DNA of 64,000 nucleotides from Octopus sinensis (lineage: Eukaryota). Every line of letters starts with the position of its first letter. Positions within the stretch are counted from its first letter, which is position 1. The stretch spans positions 30,876,001 to 30,940,000 of the forward strand of contig NC_043013.1 in the NCBI RefSeq assembly GCF_006345805.1. Direction: 5' to 3'. Positions 1 through 14,509 of the stretch are shown in pieces. The notes beneath the pieces were generated by a model that saw only the letters and a program-made list of their open reading frames with translations, searched no databases and was not told where the DNA came from. The position numbers and the translations under genes were made by a program.

Positions 1-1051
1 ATTCCTTCATTCCAATAGCGAGAACATAAAACATTTTATTAGTGATTATGCAATATTTTTAAGATTGCAGAACGCATCTCGCCATAGCGAATTCTTGACT
101 AATACGTACTCATTTTCGTGTCGACCTGGTAACACGTACAAGAACTTACGTATATATACACTCAAATATACAAGCATATAAATCAATATGTAGACAGAAA
201 TAATGTAACGCAGTACATCACATATTCAACAGGCGATTTTTATAGTAAATTCTAAGGACTTCAATGGACGACAGGGTTCTTTTATTTCTCTTGAAATACA
301 TAGATGATCTACGAGACAGGAAATATCTAGAGATAGAACGAAACGTTACACACAATATGAAAGAAAACACTAGAAGCTGAACGACCTTTTCTCATTTTTA
401 AACGGTTTCAATTGTATTATTATAAAATTTATTCGGGAACAATTTTTAAGTACTACACACACCTACGCACACGCGCACGCACAAAGACACGCACACAAAC
501 AAACAAACACACAAACAAATTATATTAGACTCTGCCACTTGACTGAAGTAGTTACTAGATCAAGTAGATTACTTTTCAATAGAAAATAAGATTAAGCTTC
601 CTGCATACATAATGTATCTTTCGTAAATGAGTTTCGTATTGTACAGTTGATCCACCATGATACAAATGTAATCTTCAACCAGTTTTTCATATCTCAAATC
701 TTGTGCCAGTAACACCAGCTCTCAAACGGCTCTGAAATCAGTGATCCGTATCAGAAAGTCCACAAATATCTTGCACTTGAGATGCAAACTAATACAACAC
801 GCAATACCCAGGATCATAGTCCAGAGGAATAACTTCAGTATCTCCCGCAAAAAACGTGATGTACTTATAACGCAAAAAGTATAGACAAACAGTAGTTAAT
901 ATTCTGATTCTAAATTCTTTTAAAACATCTACCCAAAATCATATATTACAGATTACTGGCCACAATCATGAACACTACCATGGACGAAAATATACATATA
1001 CATAAGTAATACATATACATAAGTATATGTATATAACTATATGTATCTATC

Positions 1052-1052
<1 letters not shown>

Positions 1053-1121
<69 letters not shown>

Positions 1122-1133
1122 TATTAATAATAT

Positions 1134-1168
<35 letters not shown>
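1053..1168. repeat. (AAT)n microsatellite
   Basis: Long AAT run with two ATATT interruptions. Confidence 0.95.
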
Positions 1169-1199
1169 GTTACTAAACCAGAAGAAAATTCTGTTACTC

Positions 1200-1390
1200 A
1201 ACCAGAAGAAAATTCTAACTGGGACCCACCTGCAAGGTCATGTGCTGTTAATCTTGATATGAAATCACCATGTCACGCACATATGGTTGTGATGCATGTG
1301 CCTGGTGTACCCTTATCAGATGGGTAGTCATGATGGGTATACTGGGCTTCGTATATTTTACCCCAGTGTCACTTTGATGGCATACACTGA
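1200..1390 (+). mobile_element. 3' part of an unclassified TAA-flanked interspersed repeat (copy 1)
   Basis: Matches the reverse complement of about 10240-10430 (aattctaactggg.cccacctgcaaggtcatgtgctgtt ... ccccagt.tcactttgatggcat.cactg). (AAT)n on both sides. Confidence 0.75.
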
Positions 1391-1394
1391 AAAT

Positions 1395-1555
<161 letters not shown>

Positions 1556-1557
<2 letters not shown>

Positions 1558-2270
1558 CACCAGAAATTACCAAAAACATGCAATGAAAAGAAATATTACA
1601 AGTAACTGCAGAATATGTGGAGATGGACAAGAAACAATAAATCATATTATCTCTAGCTGCCCAGTCCTGGCTAAGAAGGAATATATTCACAGACATGACA
1701 GAGTTGGAACCTACATACATTGGAAGCTATGCCAACATTATGGAATAACAACAGAAAAAAGATGGTATAGGCACACACCAGAAAAGGTCACAGAAAACGA
1801 GAAAGCAACCATACTCTGGGATATGCCGATACACACAGATAGAGAAATTAAGGCCAACAGACTAGATATAGTTGTCAGAGATCATGAAGAAAAAAAATGC
1901 TTGATGTATCGATACCGGCAGATGACAACGTGTCTCTAAAAGAAATGGAGAAACTCTCAAAATACAAAGACCTGGAAATAGAGGTAACTAGAATGTGGAA
2001 TCTGAAAACAGAAACAATTCCTATCATAGTAGGTGCATTAGGCATGATAAAAAAAAAATATTCAGACAAATACATTACAAAAACACCAGGACTTACAAAC
2101 ACATATAACATACAGAAAATTGCACTACTAGGCACTGCACACGTCCTACGCAGAACACTTTCCATACGATAACCATCAGAGCATCACAACAAATCACAGC
2201 ACATACCCAAGGCACACAGAGCTGCGCTCGGTAGTGAAGTGAAAGCACGCTATAAAAATAAAACTACTGC
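1556..2270 (+). mobile_element. 5'-truncated R4/Dong-clade non-LTR retrotransposon: CCHC knuckle, restriction-like endonuclease and 3' UTR, frameshifted
   Basis: ORF 1583-1939 has CRICGDGQETINHIISSC and YIHRHDRV...ILWD...ANRLDIVV. It continues by frameshift into ORF 1897-2172, DVSIPADDNVSLKEMEKLSKYKDLEIEVTRMW...PIIVGALG, a PD-(D/E)xK RLE signature. About 100 bp of 3' UTR ends in (ATA)n. Confidence 0.85.
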
Positions 2271-2299
2271 ATAATAATAATAATAATAATAAACTGTTC

Positions 2300-3006
2300 G
2301 CCTTACGATAGTTGGCGTACAATATGATCCCACATACTTGGATTACGGAGTGTATGACCCTTTTTGGGATTGCATCGAATGTTGAGCGATTGTTTGGAAA
2401 AAGTATGGCGAAATGGAGGACAGAACTGACAACATACAGAAGAATTTTAGGGAGAGTAGAAATTAGGAGGGGCATCTACCAAGAGGACTACTTGTCCCCA
2501 CTGATCTTTGTGCTTGATAACACTGACACTGATTCTGAGGAAAGAAAAAGCTGGGTATGTATTCAAAATCCGCCAAGAAAATGTCGACAACTTATTATTC
2601 ATGGATGACCTCAGACTTTATGGTAAAGATGAAGCCCAAGTCAGTTCCTCGTTGATACGGCGTATACCTTTAGTGCTGATATCAGAATGGAGTTCGGACT
2701 TAGAATGTGTGGTGTGTTAATATTGAAGAGTTGGCAAAATGAAATGTATGGACGGAGTAACGATACCGTCAGGGGAGGTTATGGGACAGATAGAAGAGAC
2801 TAGCAATAAGTACTTGGGGATTTTGGAAATGGATTAATTAATGGAGAAAAAAATGACAGAAAAATTTAAGGTGGAGTACTTGCGCAGACTGAGACTGATT
2901 CTTAAGTCGAAATTAAAAGGACGGAATAAGATCCACGCTATCAACATCTGGGCGCTTTCACTCCTTAGATGGGGAGCAAGGGTAATTGCATGGACATTAG
3001 ACGAAC
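2300..3006 (+). pseudogene. Decayed RT core of a second R4-clade element
   Basis: Frameshifted ORFs read AYNMIPHTWI..., IRRGIYQEDYLSPLIFV, LLFMDDLRLYGK, KYLGILE, EYLRRLRLILKSKLKGRNKIHAIN, i.e. RT domains 3-7 plus thumb of RLE-type elements. Confidence 0.8.
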
Positions 3007-3415
3007 ATATTAGTGGAATATCCGTTATTATTACCGGTATAAATTACCTATGTTAAACCTGGCCATATATATACAAGCATATTTTGCTCATAGGACAGAG
3101 GCAATAATAAAGATAAACAGGAGTTTATAAGGAATCAAATATGGATAAATTCTTGATCAACAAGAAATTGACTACCATCGATTATTATTTTTGAATACAA
3201 AATTTTATACCATCTAAGAGACGTTTCAGCCTCCAAACTCCCACAGCACTGCCATAGAAAATTCTGAGAATAATATTCGCCATATTCGATCTGGTACATG
3301 GATATATTCATGAAAGGGAAGAAAAATACATAAAAGAAAAGAGCCTCGTGAGGAGGAACGAACGCTTAATATATTTGAATCATAACATGTATATACATAT
3401 ACACCCACTCTTTTG

Positions 3416-3468
<53 letters not shown>

Positions 3469-3733
3469 ACAATCAATACTTCATTTCATTTTACTATATA
3501 TATATATTATTTATACTATGTATTCTATATTCTACATTAATATTATAAAGAATATAAATAAAACATACAAAACAGAGTTGGAACTTATTGAATAATTCAT
3601 ATCCCTCTATACAGAATCATACAAACCACTTTGTATATATATATATATATATAAATGAAATAAGTATTGTTACCCTTATTAATAATAATGATGATAGTGA
3701 GGTGTCTAGCAATTTACACCTTCACAGGTAAAA

Positions 3734-4180
3734 TATGAACTAAATCCTTATTCAATAGAGTCTATAAATACCAATAACTATTAACAGAGCCATCGCTCCA
3801 AGACCACCACTTACTATTAAGATGCTCACGGCCAATGCAGTGAACATAACAGAAGTAGCTTACCTCGCGTGTAATACAGAAGTAAGGGATCTCAGTAGAT
3901 ACGACTTAATGTGATGAATATTTCAAAAATAGATGTGAAAGTGTTTTTTTCAACTGATGAGTTAAAAGTGTGATTTTTAATATATAGGGCGAAATCAATT
4001 GATCCCTAGATATACACATTCCTTACCTCTGCATCCCACGCAAGATAAGACTGTTTTCGATATGTTCATTGTATTATCCTTGTGTATCTTAATGGTGAGT
4101 ACTATGGTGGTCTTGGAGCGATAGCTCTGTTAATAGCAATTCGTATTTATATACCCTATTGAATCTGAATTAAGTTTATA
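3734..4180. repeat. Old imperfect foldback of about 450 bp
   Basis: Left attcaatagagtctataaata...ctattaacagagccatcgctccaagaccacca pairs with right tggtggtcttggagcgatagctctgttaatag...tatttatataccctattgaat. Similarity persists toward the centre. Confidence 0.8.
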
Positions 4181-4186
4181 CACACG

Positions 4187-4235
<49 letters not shown>

Positions 4236-4261
4236 TTATGTATGCATACATATATATATAA

Positions 4262-4312
<51 letters not shown>

Positions 4313-4830
4313 ATATGCATGTAGACATATATATATATATGGATATGCATATATTCATACATATGCATATATACATATAATGCATATATATACACATATG
4401 TATATATATGTATGTGCACGTAACGCATGTATGCATATATATAAATACAGGCACATACATATATGAGTTGTACACGATGTTGATTCAGAGATGTATGTCT
4501 TTATATATGTTAAGATGCTAATACTCTAGAGATTACATTTATTGTACCACTTCTAACTCCGGGCCACCCACACATATTTCATTCTTAATACCTGGGCCAA
4601 CTCTAGCTTTTGGTTATTTATAACATTCGTATCATATATATTGTTATGGAAAGAACATTGAAGATCTACTACTTGAAAGAACGTCCTTGGTGTAACTATG
4701 ACATTCGGTATTGAAAAAAGAAACCTGCGAGAGCATATTACGTCTAACATGTATTGTAATTACGCTCTAGTGTTTCAGAGATTTCTGTTACTTCTGTCAA
4801 GTCGACATATGCATATTTATTTCGTATATA

Positions 4831-4867
<37 letters not shown>

Positions 4868-4972
4868 GCATACACACATGCACACATACACATATATATA
4901 TATATATAGATACGCATATCACATGTGAAAATATATATATATATACATGCATACACACATGCACACATACAC

Positions 4973-5113
<141 letters not shown>

Positions 5114-5239
5114 GGATAGATAAATTGATTACATGAACATATATATAATTGTAATTATGTTTTTATTATTGTATACTTAAAAATTACGCTAGGCCAATGA
5201 TATAACTTATAAATATATACATATATATATATGTGTGTA

Positions 5240-5282
<43 letters not shown>

Positions 5283-5904
5283 GGATATATATATATGTAT
5301 ATATATATATATGAATGTATGTGCATACATCCACTTATTTACAAATATGAATAGAGAATGTATTATACGCCTACCCTGCTATGTTCGGGAGTCTGTACCT
5401 ATGTTCGACCATGTATGTGTCTGTCTATATGACTAATTAGTTAGCCTCATTAGGTAAGAATTGTTAAAATTCTCACAGTTGTAATTTCTATAGAAGAAAA
5501 ATCAATGTTTCTAAATAAAGTTGTGTTACATATATGAAAATTACATATCTCCGCATACTATTATAAATGTCAAACAATAAGAAAGGATGTGTGTGTATAT
5601 ATGTGTGTGTGTATTTGTGTATGTTCACGTTGTATTTGCGTGTGTCCGATGTGTGAGTACTTGGAAAAGCTCAACGAATATATATTTGTGCATATGAGTA
5701 AATAATTATTTCCCTGTTCGTATGCACATGATGCTAATTGCGAACAAGTTATTCTGAATTTGTGTTGCAATATCGAACGAAGTGTATTTCAACTTTCAAA
5801 ATGGCATTTATAATTGGACTAAAATTAGTAAGATATATATGGAAGTAATGTATATATTTCAATTGCGGGATTCAATGGAGACAGTTCGACATTTCTTTTA
5901 TCTT

Positions 5905-6290
5905 TTACTTGATTCAGTCATTCCACAGCGGCCAAGATGTGGCGTCTCCTTAAAACTATTCTTATAGTCGAATCTACACCAGGACTTATTTTTCAAGACC
6001 GGTACTTATTCAGTTGCCCTGTTTTACCGGGGAAGAAATCACACTAACACCAGTTGTCATACACAGAGATCTATCTTTCTCTAAATGCGTGTGTGTTGTG
6101 TTTGTTTGCCTGTGCCTGTGTGTCTGTGTGTCACAGGCTTCTTTCAGTATTTTGTCTAGTAAATGCGCTCACAAGGATTCAGTCGGTCTGATGCTATAAT
6201 AGAAGACACCAGGCCAAGATGTCTCGCACAGAGACTGAAATGGATCTGTGGTTGGAAAGCAAGCTCCATACCACACAGCCACATATGCCC
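5905..6290 (-). mobile_element. Old SINE-A copy (tRNA-derived)
   Basis: Degenerate match to the SINE-A pattern (cagtcatt...cggccaagatg; ctcacaagg; tagaagacac; ccacacagccac). Confidence 0.65.
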
Positions 6291-6324
6291 CTACATTTGC
6301 TTCTGCGAGATCTATTTACATATA

Positions 6325-6399
<75 letters not shown>

Positions 6400-6411
6400 G
6401 ATATATATATA

Positions 6412-6452
<41 letters not shown>

Positions 6453-6476
6453 GTATATATATGTATATATGTGTAC

Positions 6477-6514
<38 letters not shown>

Positions 6515-6566
6515 GTACATACATATGTATATATGTGTATATGTATATATATATGTATATATATAT

Positions 6567-6620
<54 letters not shown>

Positions 6621-7131
6621 CATGTAGGAAAGATGATTGAGTTGACCGATTTCACACTTTAAAAAATAGATTTTCAAAACTAAAACATAAGGCTTTGTGT
6701 GGCATTTTTGTATTAAAAAGATTATAATTGTATTAAAATACAGTTATACAATATTTGATAATGATAAGAAAATGTTAAGAGGGGCTTTTTGTTTAAACAG
6801 TTTACATAAATGTCTTCAAGATAGGTAGGGAAATAAATTCATAATTATTTTAAGTTCCTCAAAAATCATGATTGTAAAGAAGCCTATATACAGAAAGAAT
6901 CATATTCAAGTATCTATACAGCATTTTAGGGAATGAACAATCTTTCCTTCCTTCATCTCCAGTGTATATATGTTTAAGGGATTGTCGCTATTTTTAGAAA
7001 TAATGTGGCAGGCTAATTGTTGGAGGAGAGCATTTTGGAATCAAAAGGATCATTTTGTGTCTGGGCTAGTCTGTCATGGTTCAGTGGCATTTGGAATGGT
7101 CTTAGATTTAAAGGTAGTTTGAGTGTGTACG

Positions 7132-7377
7132 AAGGCGGCGAGCTGGCAGAAACGTTATTATCAAGGAGGCGAGCTGGCAAAATTCTTAGCGGTATTTCGT
7201 CTGCCGCTACGTTCTGAGTTCAAATTCCTCCGAGGTCGATTTTGCCTTTCATCCTTCCGGGTCGATAAATTAAGTACCAGTTACGCACTGGGGTCGATCT
7301 AATCGACTTAATCCGTTTGTATGTCCTTGTTTGTCCTCTTTGTGTTTAGCCCCTTGTGGGTAGTAAAGAAATAGGTA
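7132..7377 (+). mobile_element. SINE-B copy
   Basis: Head aggcggcgagctggcaga, B-box-like gagttcaaattcc, body gtcgataaattaagtaccag. Reverse complement of units at 17923-18506. Confidence 0.85.
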
Positions 7378-7851
7378 GTATGAGTTTTTGTGTGTGTCTA
7401 TGCACGATTCTACGTGTGTATGTATATGTAATTGTGATTGTGTGTAGTTTTTTTTACTAGTCTTAGAGTTCAGTGTGGAGTGTATATGTGTGTATGTTTG
7501 TATGCGTTTGTGTGTATGCGTTTGTTCATGTGTGCGTATTTATGCGTCTGTATATGTGCGTGTGTATGTTTGTGTGTTGTGTTAGTGGGTATGGTATGTG
7601 CATGTACGTGAGTATGTGTGTGTGTCTCTGTCTGTATATGTTTGTAGTGTTATAATTGTGCGGGTGGTGTGCGTATCTGTGCATCGGTATGTGTGTGTAA
7701 GTGTGTTGTATATGTTTGGGATTCTGTGTGTCCCTGTGTGTGTTAGGTTTATCCGGCTGGTGTGTATGTGTGTTCGTGTACATATCGTGCGTGTTTGTAT
7801 TGAGTATGCATTTGTGTGTGAGTGTGTGTGTGTGTGTGTATGTATGTAGGT

Positions 7852-9402
7852 GTAATTTATGTAGTTTTCGTGGTTGTGTGCTCATGTGTGTGCTATATTT
7901 GTTGCAACGAAGAGTATGTGTGTATGTGTGATTGCGTGTGTTTGTGTGAGTGTGCCTATGTGTCTTATATTTGTTAGTGCGATGTACATTATTGTGTGTG
8001 TGCTCGTGCTTCTGTCTGTGTACGTGTGTATATGTGTGTGTTTGTGAGTGTTTGCTGTGATTTTTTGGGTTGTATTGCGTGTGTATATGTGTGTGTGTGT
8101 TTTTCTTTGAGTATGTCCATGTGATTTTTTTTTTACTGGGGAACGGGTATATTGTGCTTGTGTCTGTGTACGTATGTGTGTATATATGCGTGTGTGTGAG
8201 TGGGGTTGTGTTGTATTTGCGTGTTTGTGTGTGTATCTGTGTATGGGTGGGTGTGTTTTGTGTGTGTCATGTAATTGTCGGGGCGGTCTGTGTAGGTGTG
8301 TGCATGTACATGTTTACGATGAGGTGTGTGTATGTGTATGTATGTAAGAGTTGATTGTGATTGCTAGAATCGTATTGCTTGTGCATAAATATGTGTAGGT
8401 TTTCTTGGAATGTGTGTGTGTTTGTGCTTGAGCCTGGAGATATTGTGTTTATGTGTGTGTGGTGTGTGTGTGTGTGTGTATGTGTTTGTGTTTGTGCAAG
8501 AGGTTTGCATTTTATGTGTATTTATCCATTTGTGTGTGTTTCTTATGGATGTGTACCTGGTGGGCTGTATGTTAGATTATGTTGAGTTGTTGTTTGTGTT
8601 TTTGAATAAGTATATTTTCCTTCTTTACCCCTAGGTGCATATCCAAACCAAACACACACAGATGTACAAACACACGCACAAATACAATGCAAACCTCCCA
8701 CACAAACACACACACATACACACACATGCACAAACACAATATCCCCCCGCTCGAGCACAAACCCACACACTCTCCAAGAAAAAGGACTTATATATACACA
8801 TGCAATACGATTCTAGCAATCACGACCAACACTCACATACGGATACACACATACACACACATGTATACACGTACATGCACACACCTACACATACCGTCCT
8901 GACAAGACCCACACATACACAGATACACACACAAAAGCGCAAACACAACACAGCCTCCCCACACACACGCATATATACACACATACGTACACACGCACAC
9001 AAACACAATATGCCCGTTCCCCAGTAAAAAATCACATACACACATCCAAAGAAGCTTACACACACACATATATACATGCAATATAATCCCAACAATCACA
9101 GCAAACACTCACAGACACACACATACACATACAGAAGCAGCACACACAATAACACACACCACACCGTCAAATACATGACACACAGTCACACACAAACACA
9201 CCCACACGTATACACACACACTGCACATACAATACAAATAAAACACTCACAATAATACACACAAACATATACACGCACTACACAGAAAAATAACATACAT
9301 ACACACATTCACACGTACACACACACACTTCACCACAACAAATATAGTACACACACATGTGCACACACACACACACACCCCCCCGAAAACTACATAAACT
9401 AC
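7852..9402. repeat. About 1.55 kb imperfect inverted duplication of GT-rich low-complexity DNA
   Basis: Strand bias flips from GT to CA at about 8630. Unique anchors pair: 8361-8378 ttgctagaatcgtattgc with 8802-8819, and 8135-8156 with 9004-9025. Spacer of about 70 bp at 8561-8629. Confidence 0.85.
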
Positions 9403-10161
9403 GAAGAGATAAAATATATGTAATGGGTGTACGAACATATTTCAAAATTGCTCTTTCATCAATACCAAACTAAATCCATCATATATTCCCAAATACATAG
9501 ACCCCTTTACATATTAAACGAATTCCTGGCAAATAATACTACCATATAACTTGGTGACAAGGACGCACTGCTTCGGGTCCTTATTTTGTATTTGTTTCTC
9601 TATGTATGCGGGTTTTTTGGTATACTTCGGCGTAAATACATCAGGCATTGCATTTGTAAGTATGTATCTATTTTTTTCAAATGTGTGTGTTTTCGTGTTT
9701 CTTCCTGTTTTTTTCTCTGTTCGCTACGTATAAGAAGGTATAATTTTAACTCTGTATGTTGATCAGCATATGTGAATGCCTCTGTTAGCGAGAGTGGATA
9801 TATGTATATATTTATATGTATGCAAATACTTATGTATATTTGAATATATCCGTGACTATACTACGACACGTATGAGTCACTTATAAATTTGCAAAAGTTT
9901 TGCGCATCTTAATTTGCAGGTCATGAATCTAATTAAAGTTAATCAGAAAACTCCTATAAAAATTATAATTCGATTCGATATTTTACTCAGTGGCGTTTAG
10001 TGACGTTCCATATCGATATGACTTCAAAGGTCATATAATTTCAAAAGTCTTTCACATCAAATGTCAGATGTAATTGAGATAGAAATTCAGAGACTTCATA
10101 AACATTAAAGAAACTTCCTTAAGTGTATAATTTTTTTAAGTGCATACTATTTTCAATCATG

Positions 10162-10232
<71 letters not shown>

Positions 10233-10731
10233 GAGTGAGAGAGCAGTGCATGCCATCAAAGTGATACTGGGGTAAATATAGGAAGCCCAGCATACGCACC
10301 ATGACTACCTACCTGATAAGGGTACAATAGGCACATGCATCACAACCATATGTGCGCAACATGGTGATCTGATATCAAGATAAACAGCACATGACCTTGC
10401 AGGTGGGGCCCAGTTAGAATTTGCTTCATGTCGAGTAAACCATCCTGCTCATGTTTCCATAGGTGAATTATTCAAGCCCCAAAGAATCCCTCTCAACACA
10501 TGGCTATTATGCTCCCCCACTCCTTCTGCTCGTGATCAGAGATGCACATATCGTCAACCACTAAGGGACATGCTCAAATGGTTAAAGTCAAACAACTGAC
10601 AAGCAAATCTGTGGTATTGAGCAGAATATCTGCTGTAGCCCATCTTTTATACCAAGACAAAACAATATACATGATAATATTTCCAATCAGTTAAGATCAG
10701 ATGCCAAGAGATCCGAGCCACTGCTTGGCAC

Positions 10732-10732
<1 letters not shown>
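10233..10732 (-). mobile_element. TAA-flanked interspersed repeat (copy 2, about 500 bp, non-coding)
   Basis: Bounded by (TTA)n on both sides; homologous to 1200-1390. Confidence 0.75.
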
Positions 10733-10806
<74 letters not shown>

Positions 10807-10821
10807 GTTGTTGTTGTTGTT

Positions 10822-10995
10822 AGGAGAGCTGGCAGGCAGAATCGTTAACACGCTGGAGGGAATGCTCAGAGGAATTTCGCCCTTTGCTCCGATCTGATTT
10901 CAAATTCCGCGGAGGTCGACTTTTCCTTTCATCATTTCGAGTTCGATAAAATAAGTACCATTCGAAGACTAGGATCAGTGTAATCGATTCTTCCC
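10822..10995 (+). mobile_element. Decayed SINE-B copy
   Basis: gagctggcag...ttcaaattccgcggaggtcgacttttcctttcatc...gataaaataagtacc. Confidence 0.65.
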
Positions 10996-12272
10996 CTTCC
11001 CCAAAACTGCAATATTTGAAGTCATCATCATCATCATCATTATTATTATGATTATTATTATTATTATGATTATATTATTATTATTATTATTGTCATTATT
11101 ATAAGTCTGACTGTTTACATGAAGAACAGCTATGATTAAGCAGATATGTGATTAAAATCATTTTAACTGTTACCATTCTTTATATTATATATTTTTGGGA
11201 CTACATTATCCAGTTAGTCGATCCACTTTCAAAGAAAGTTGAACATGGTTCGATGGAATGTACATAGCTTAACCGCGCAACCGTTGATCATTTGACAAAA
11301 AGAGATCGCTTTTGATCCTTTGGCAAACAAAGAAAAATTATGTACTTCTTATTTTCTACGACTGTGTTGAAATGATGATAATTATGATGCGATGCCTTAT
11401 GTCCAATAACATTGTAAGAATACAACCACTTGAAGAATATTTATTTTATTTTTGCAGATAAAACGTAGCATCTATATGTGACACGTGATCCCTATAGCTA
11501 TTATAAGCTTTGCTTTAATACCTTTCAGGGAAATGTGAATCAAGAAAACGCAGATATTTTTCAGTCAACTAATACATGTCTGTGGGAAAGAATCCTGACT
11601 AATATTTCATATTCATATCATCTTTTATGCATAAAACAGAAAACTTCGAATAGTAAATGTTAGATCTGTTTTATATTGTTGTAATGCATCAACACGTATG
11701 CGTATGTGTGTGTGTATATGATTTATCTTTATATATACAGAAGATAGATACTAGATGGATACTAGATAAAATGTTAAGTATGATAATTTACTATCAATTA
11801 AGCTATTACATATCAATTAAGATATATTCAAGGAATTTACCATGCCTAATGTCAACAAAAGACAGAGAGGGATAGGAGAGAAAGAAAAGTTTCGGGTATA
11901 TAAAGATTAAACCAAGGGATATTAATTAATAATAATTACTTTCAACTAGGGAAGAAAAGGAAAGATACCTGTACGTAAGTACTTTCTATCGCAATGAAAT
12001 ATAACGAAGCCAAAACAATACTCATACAGAGGATTGCACACACGCAAGCATTAACATACTCAAAAATATCCAAACACTCACAAAGATATACACCCATATA
12101 TACCCACATACACCTATAAACATACATACCACCCCGAAAAAACAAGTAATCTATATATGTGCATATATTATATTAGTATAAGTACATACACTTACCTAAA
12201 TATATATAAAAACACATTCAGATATGTACACACACACAAACACACACACACACACATGCATATATATATATA

Positions 12273-12670
12273 CTAGCAGTATCGCCCGGCGTTGCTCGGG
12301 TTTGTAAGGGAAATAACTATATAAGCATTTTTAGAGAGTTATAGCCAAAACATAGCAAAAAATGCATTAAAAATGGAAAACAAATGATGGTAAATTTTTT
12401 TTTAAATCGTTGACTCATCGTAGACATTTTTAGAGAGATACTTCCCTTATATAATAGCGAAAAAATGCATTAAAATGGAAAAAAATGATTGTAATTGTCT
12501 TTGAAAAATCGTAGACTCATCATAGACGCGCGCTAATACCCAGAAGGGCTCGATATGAATCACGACTATAAGATACCCGGTTTTGGTTAAACTGCACCGC
12601 AAAATGTGGGAGTAGTTAGGAATCTAAATTGTAGGAGACAGACACACAACTTCTCTTTTATATATAAAGA
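12273..12670 (-). mobile_element. Non-autonomous mini-Helitron (398 bp)
   Basis: On the minus strand: 5'-TC start, 3'-CTAG end, subterminal hairpin cccg-agcaacgc-cggg about 10 nt from the end, inserted between A and T with no TSD. Internal duplication of about 105 bp. Confidence 0.8.
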
Positions 12671-14509
12671 TATACAAGTAGTGTTAATCGCCACATAAAT
12701 ATGGCACCTCAATGTTACTGCTGTTTAAATCCCAGGAAGATATTCCGCCACCTGGTTATAGGTGCAGCCTGCGGCCTGTATATACTGCAGGCAGGGGAGC
12801 GAACCCATACCAACCTCCAGCAGACGACGGCATCGCGGGACCGACTCAGATTCGATTTAGTTTTACTTGTTCTTAGTCGCAAGCACCCGGTTTGCTAGAG
12901 AGATGAACAGAGTCCGCTCCAGAAATAGTAACGTTGAACAGCCATATTGATGTAGTGATTAACTTTACTTGTTAGTATAGTTACTACTCTCATCTCTTAT
13001 GGAGATCGTACACTTCGCTACGTTGTTTGTTGTAAATCAGTGACCGATGGTCGCTTTGTTTTTTATATATTGCTAGCTGGTATAAAATTGCATATTTTCT
13101 AACAGTTCATGCTTCTTCAATATTTTCATGGGATTTATTAGAAAATGAAAGCACATTTCTATCGTTTAGAATATGAACGTAGTGTTATTAAACATGTAAG
13201 TCCTTCCTTATATTGTCTACTGTTGGACTATGACGGCTGTAGACCTGTGCAGCAGCCTGGCGTATAGTAATTTAAATTACTTGCTTGATTGGAGAGAAAC
13301 GATCAAGATGGTATGGTACATTTCTGGCAGGTAGTCTATTTATGTAGTCCATTCGGGCATACATTTTTGTTCAAGCCGCAATCTTATATTCAAAAGAGCT
13401 CCAATTATTCGTTGTTGTAGAGTTTGCTTGTGAACGGAGCGTAAGCATATCAAATTCTGATTGCTTCTTTACGTGCCGTCACTCCAATTGATGCAGTTGT
13501 TAAGTCAAGTGGGTAAAGATAACATATACGACACTTTCCGTGGCCTGTGAGACTGGTGCGCCATTTTACGGTAATAAGCAGGGCAGCCCATAAACATTCC
13601 TTCCAGCAGTTTTAGCCAGCTTTCCCGTCTACCCAATTTCACTTGCAAAGCATTGACAGCACTGGTGTTATGAAGAAATTATTCGCTCAAAGTGTTGTCC
13701 AATGGGATGTATAGTAGCTAATCTATACCATTTCACATTAACTATTAGAATAATTCCATTAAATATGGAATAATACGATTCGAAGGTGAATAACTCCATT
13801 CAAAATGTAAGAATTACATTTAAAATGGAATAATTCCATTCCAAATGAGAATAAAATACTGCAGTAGTTTTCCGCTTTAATTATTTATATATCGCTAATA
13901 GTAAACACATTTTTGCGTTATATCGGTCCATTCATTGTCAATTTATTCACGAAGTTTATTATTTATTCCCGAAAAAACATATTACAGGGCATGGTATAGT
14001 TACAAATTGAAATCCTTAAGATCAAGCGTGATCATAGCGCTATGCCCTTTCTTATGAATAAATCCTAATTCTGAATGAACTAAAGAAAGCAACTTTAGCT
14101 CCATTTCAGTATTGAATACCGTAACTAATACTCAATAGTTTTAGACATGTACTCTAAATCTGCGAACTTGAAACGCACCCTTTTATACGTTGAAAAAGCA
14201 ATTTGATGAAAAGAGTGATTAATTTTTGGGGGGAATCGGCAAATCGTGGCGAAGAAAATCAATATCAGCAAACGTAGATAATATCATCGATCCTCATCGT
14301 AGTCGTGGGTATTTTGCTTCCACCTTAATGAAAATATATATCTGTATTTGTAGGAAACGCCTTATTCCGGATATTGGAGGAACACGCACTACATTATTAT
14401 CATGCTCACGAAAATAGACATGCAGATAAGAAGTTCAATTCGCCCTCTCATACGAACGAGATTAAGATCACTGTTTAAAACGTTAGTATTTATAACTTTT
14501 GTGCAGATA

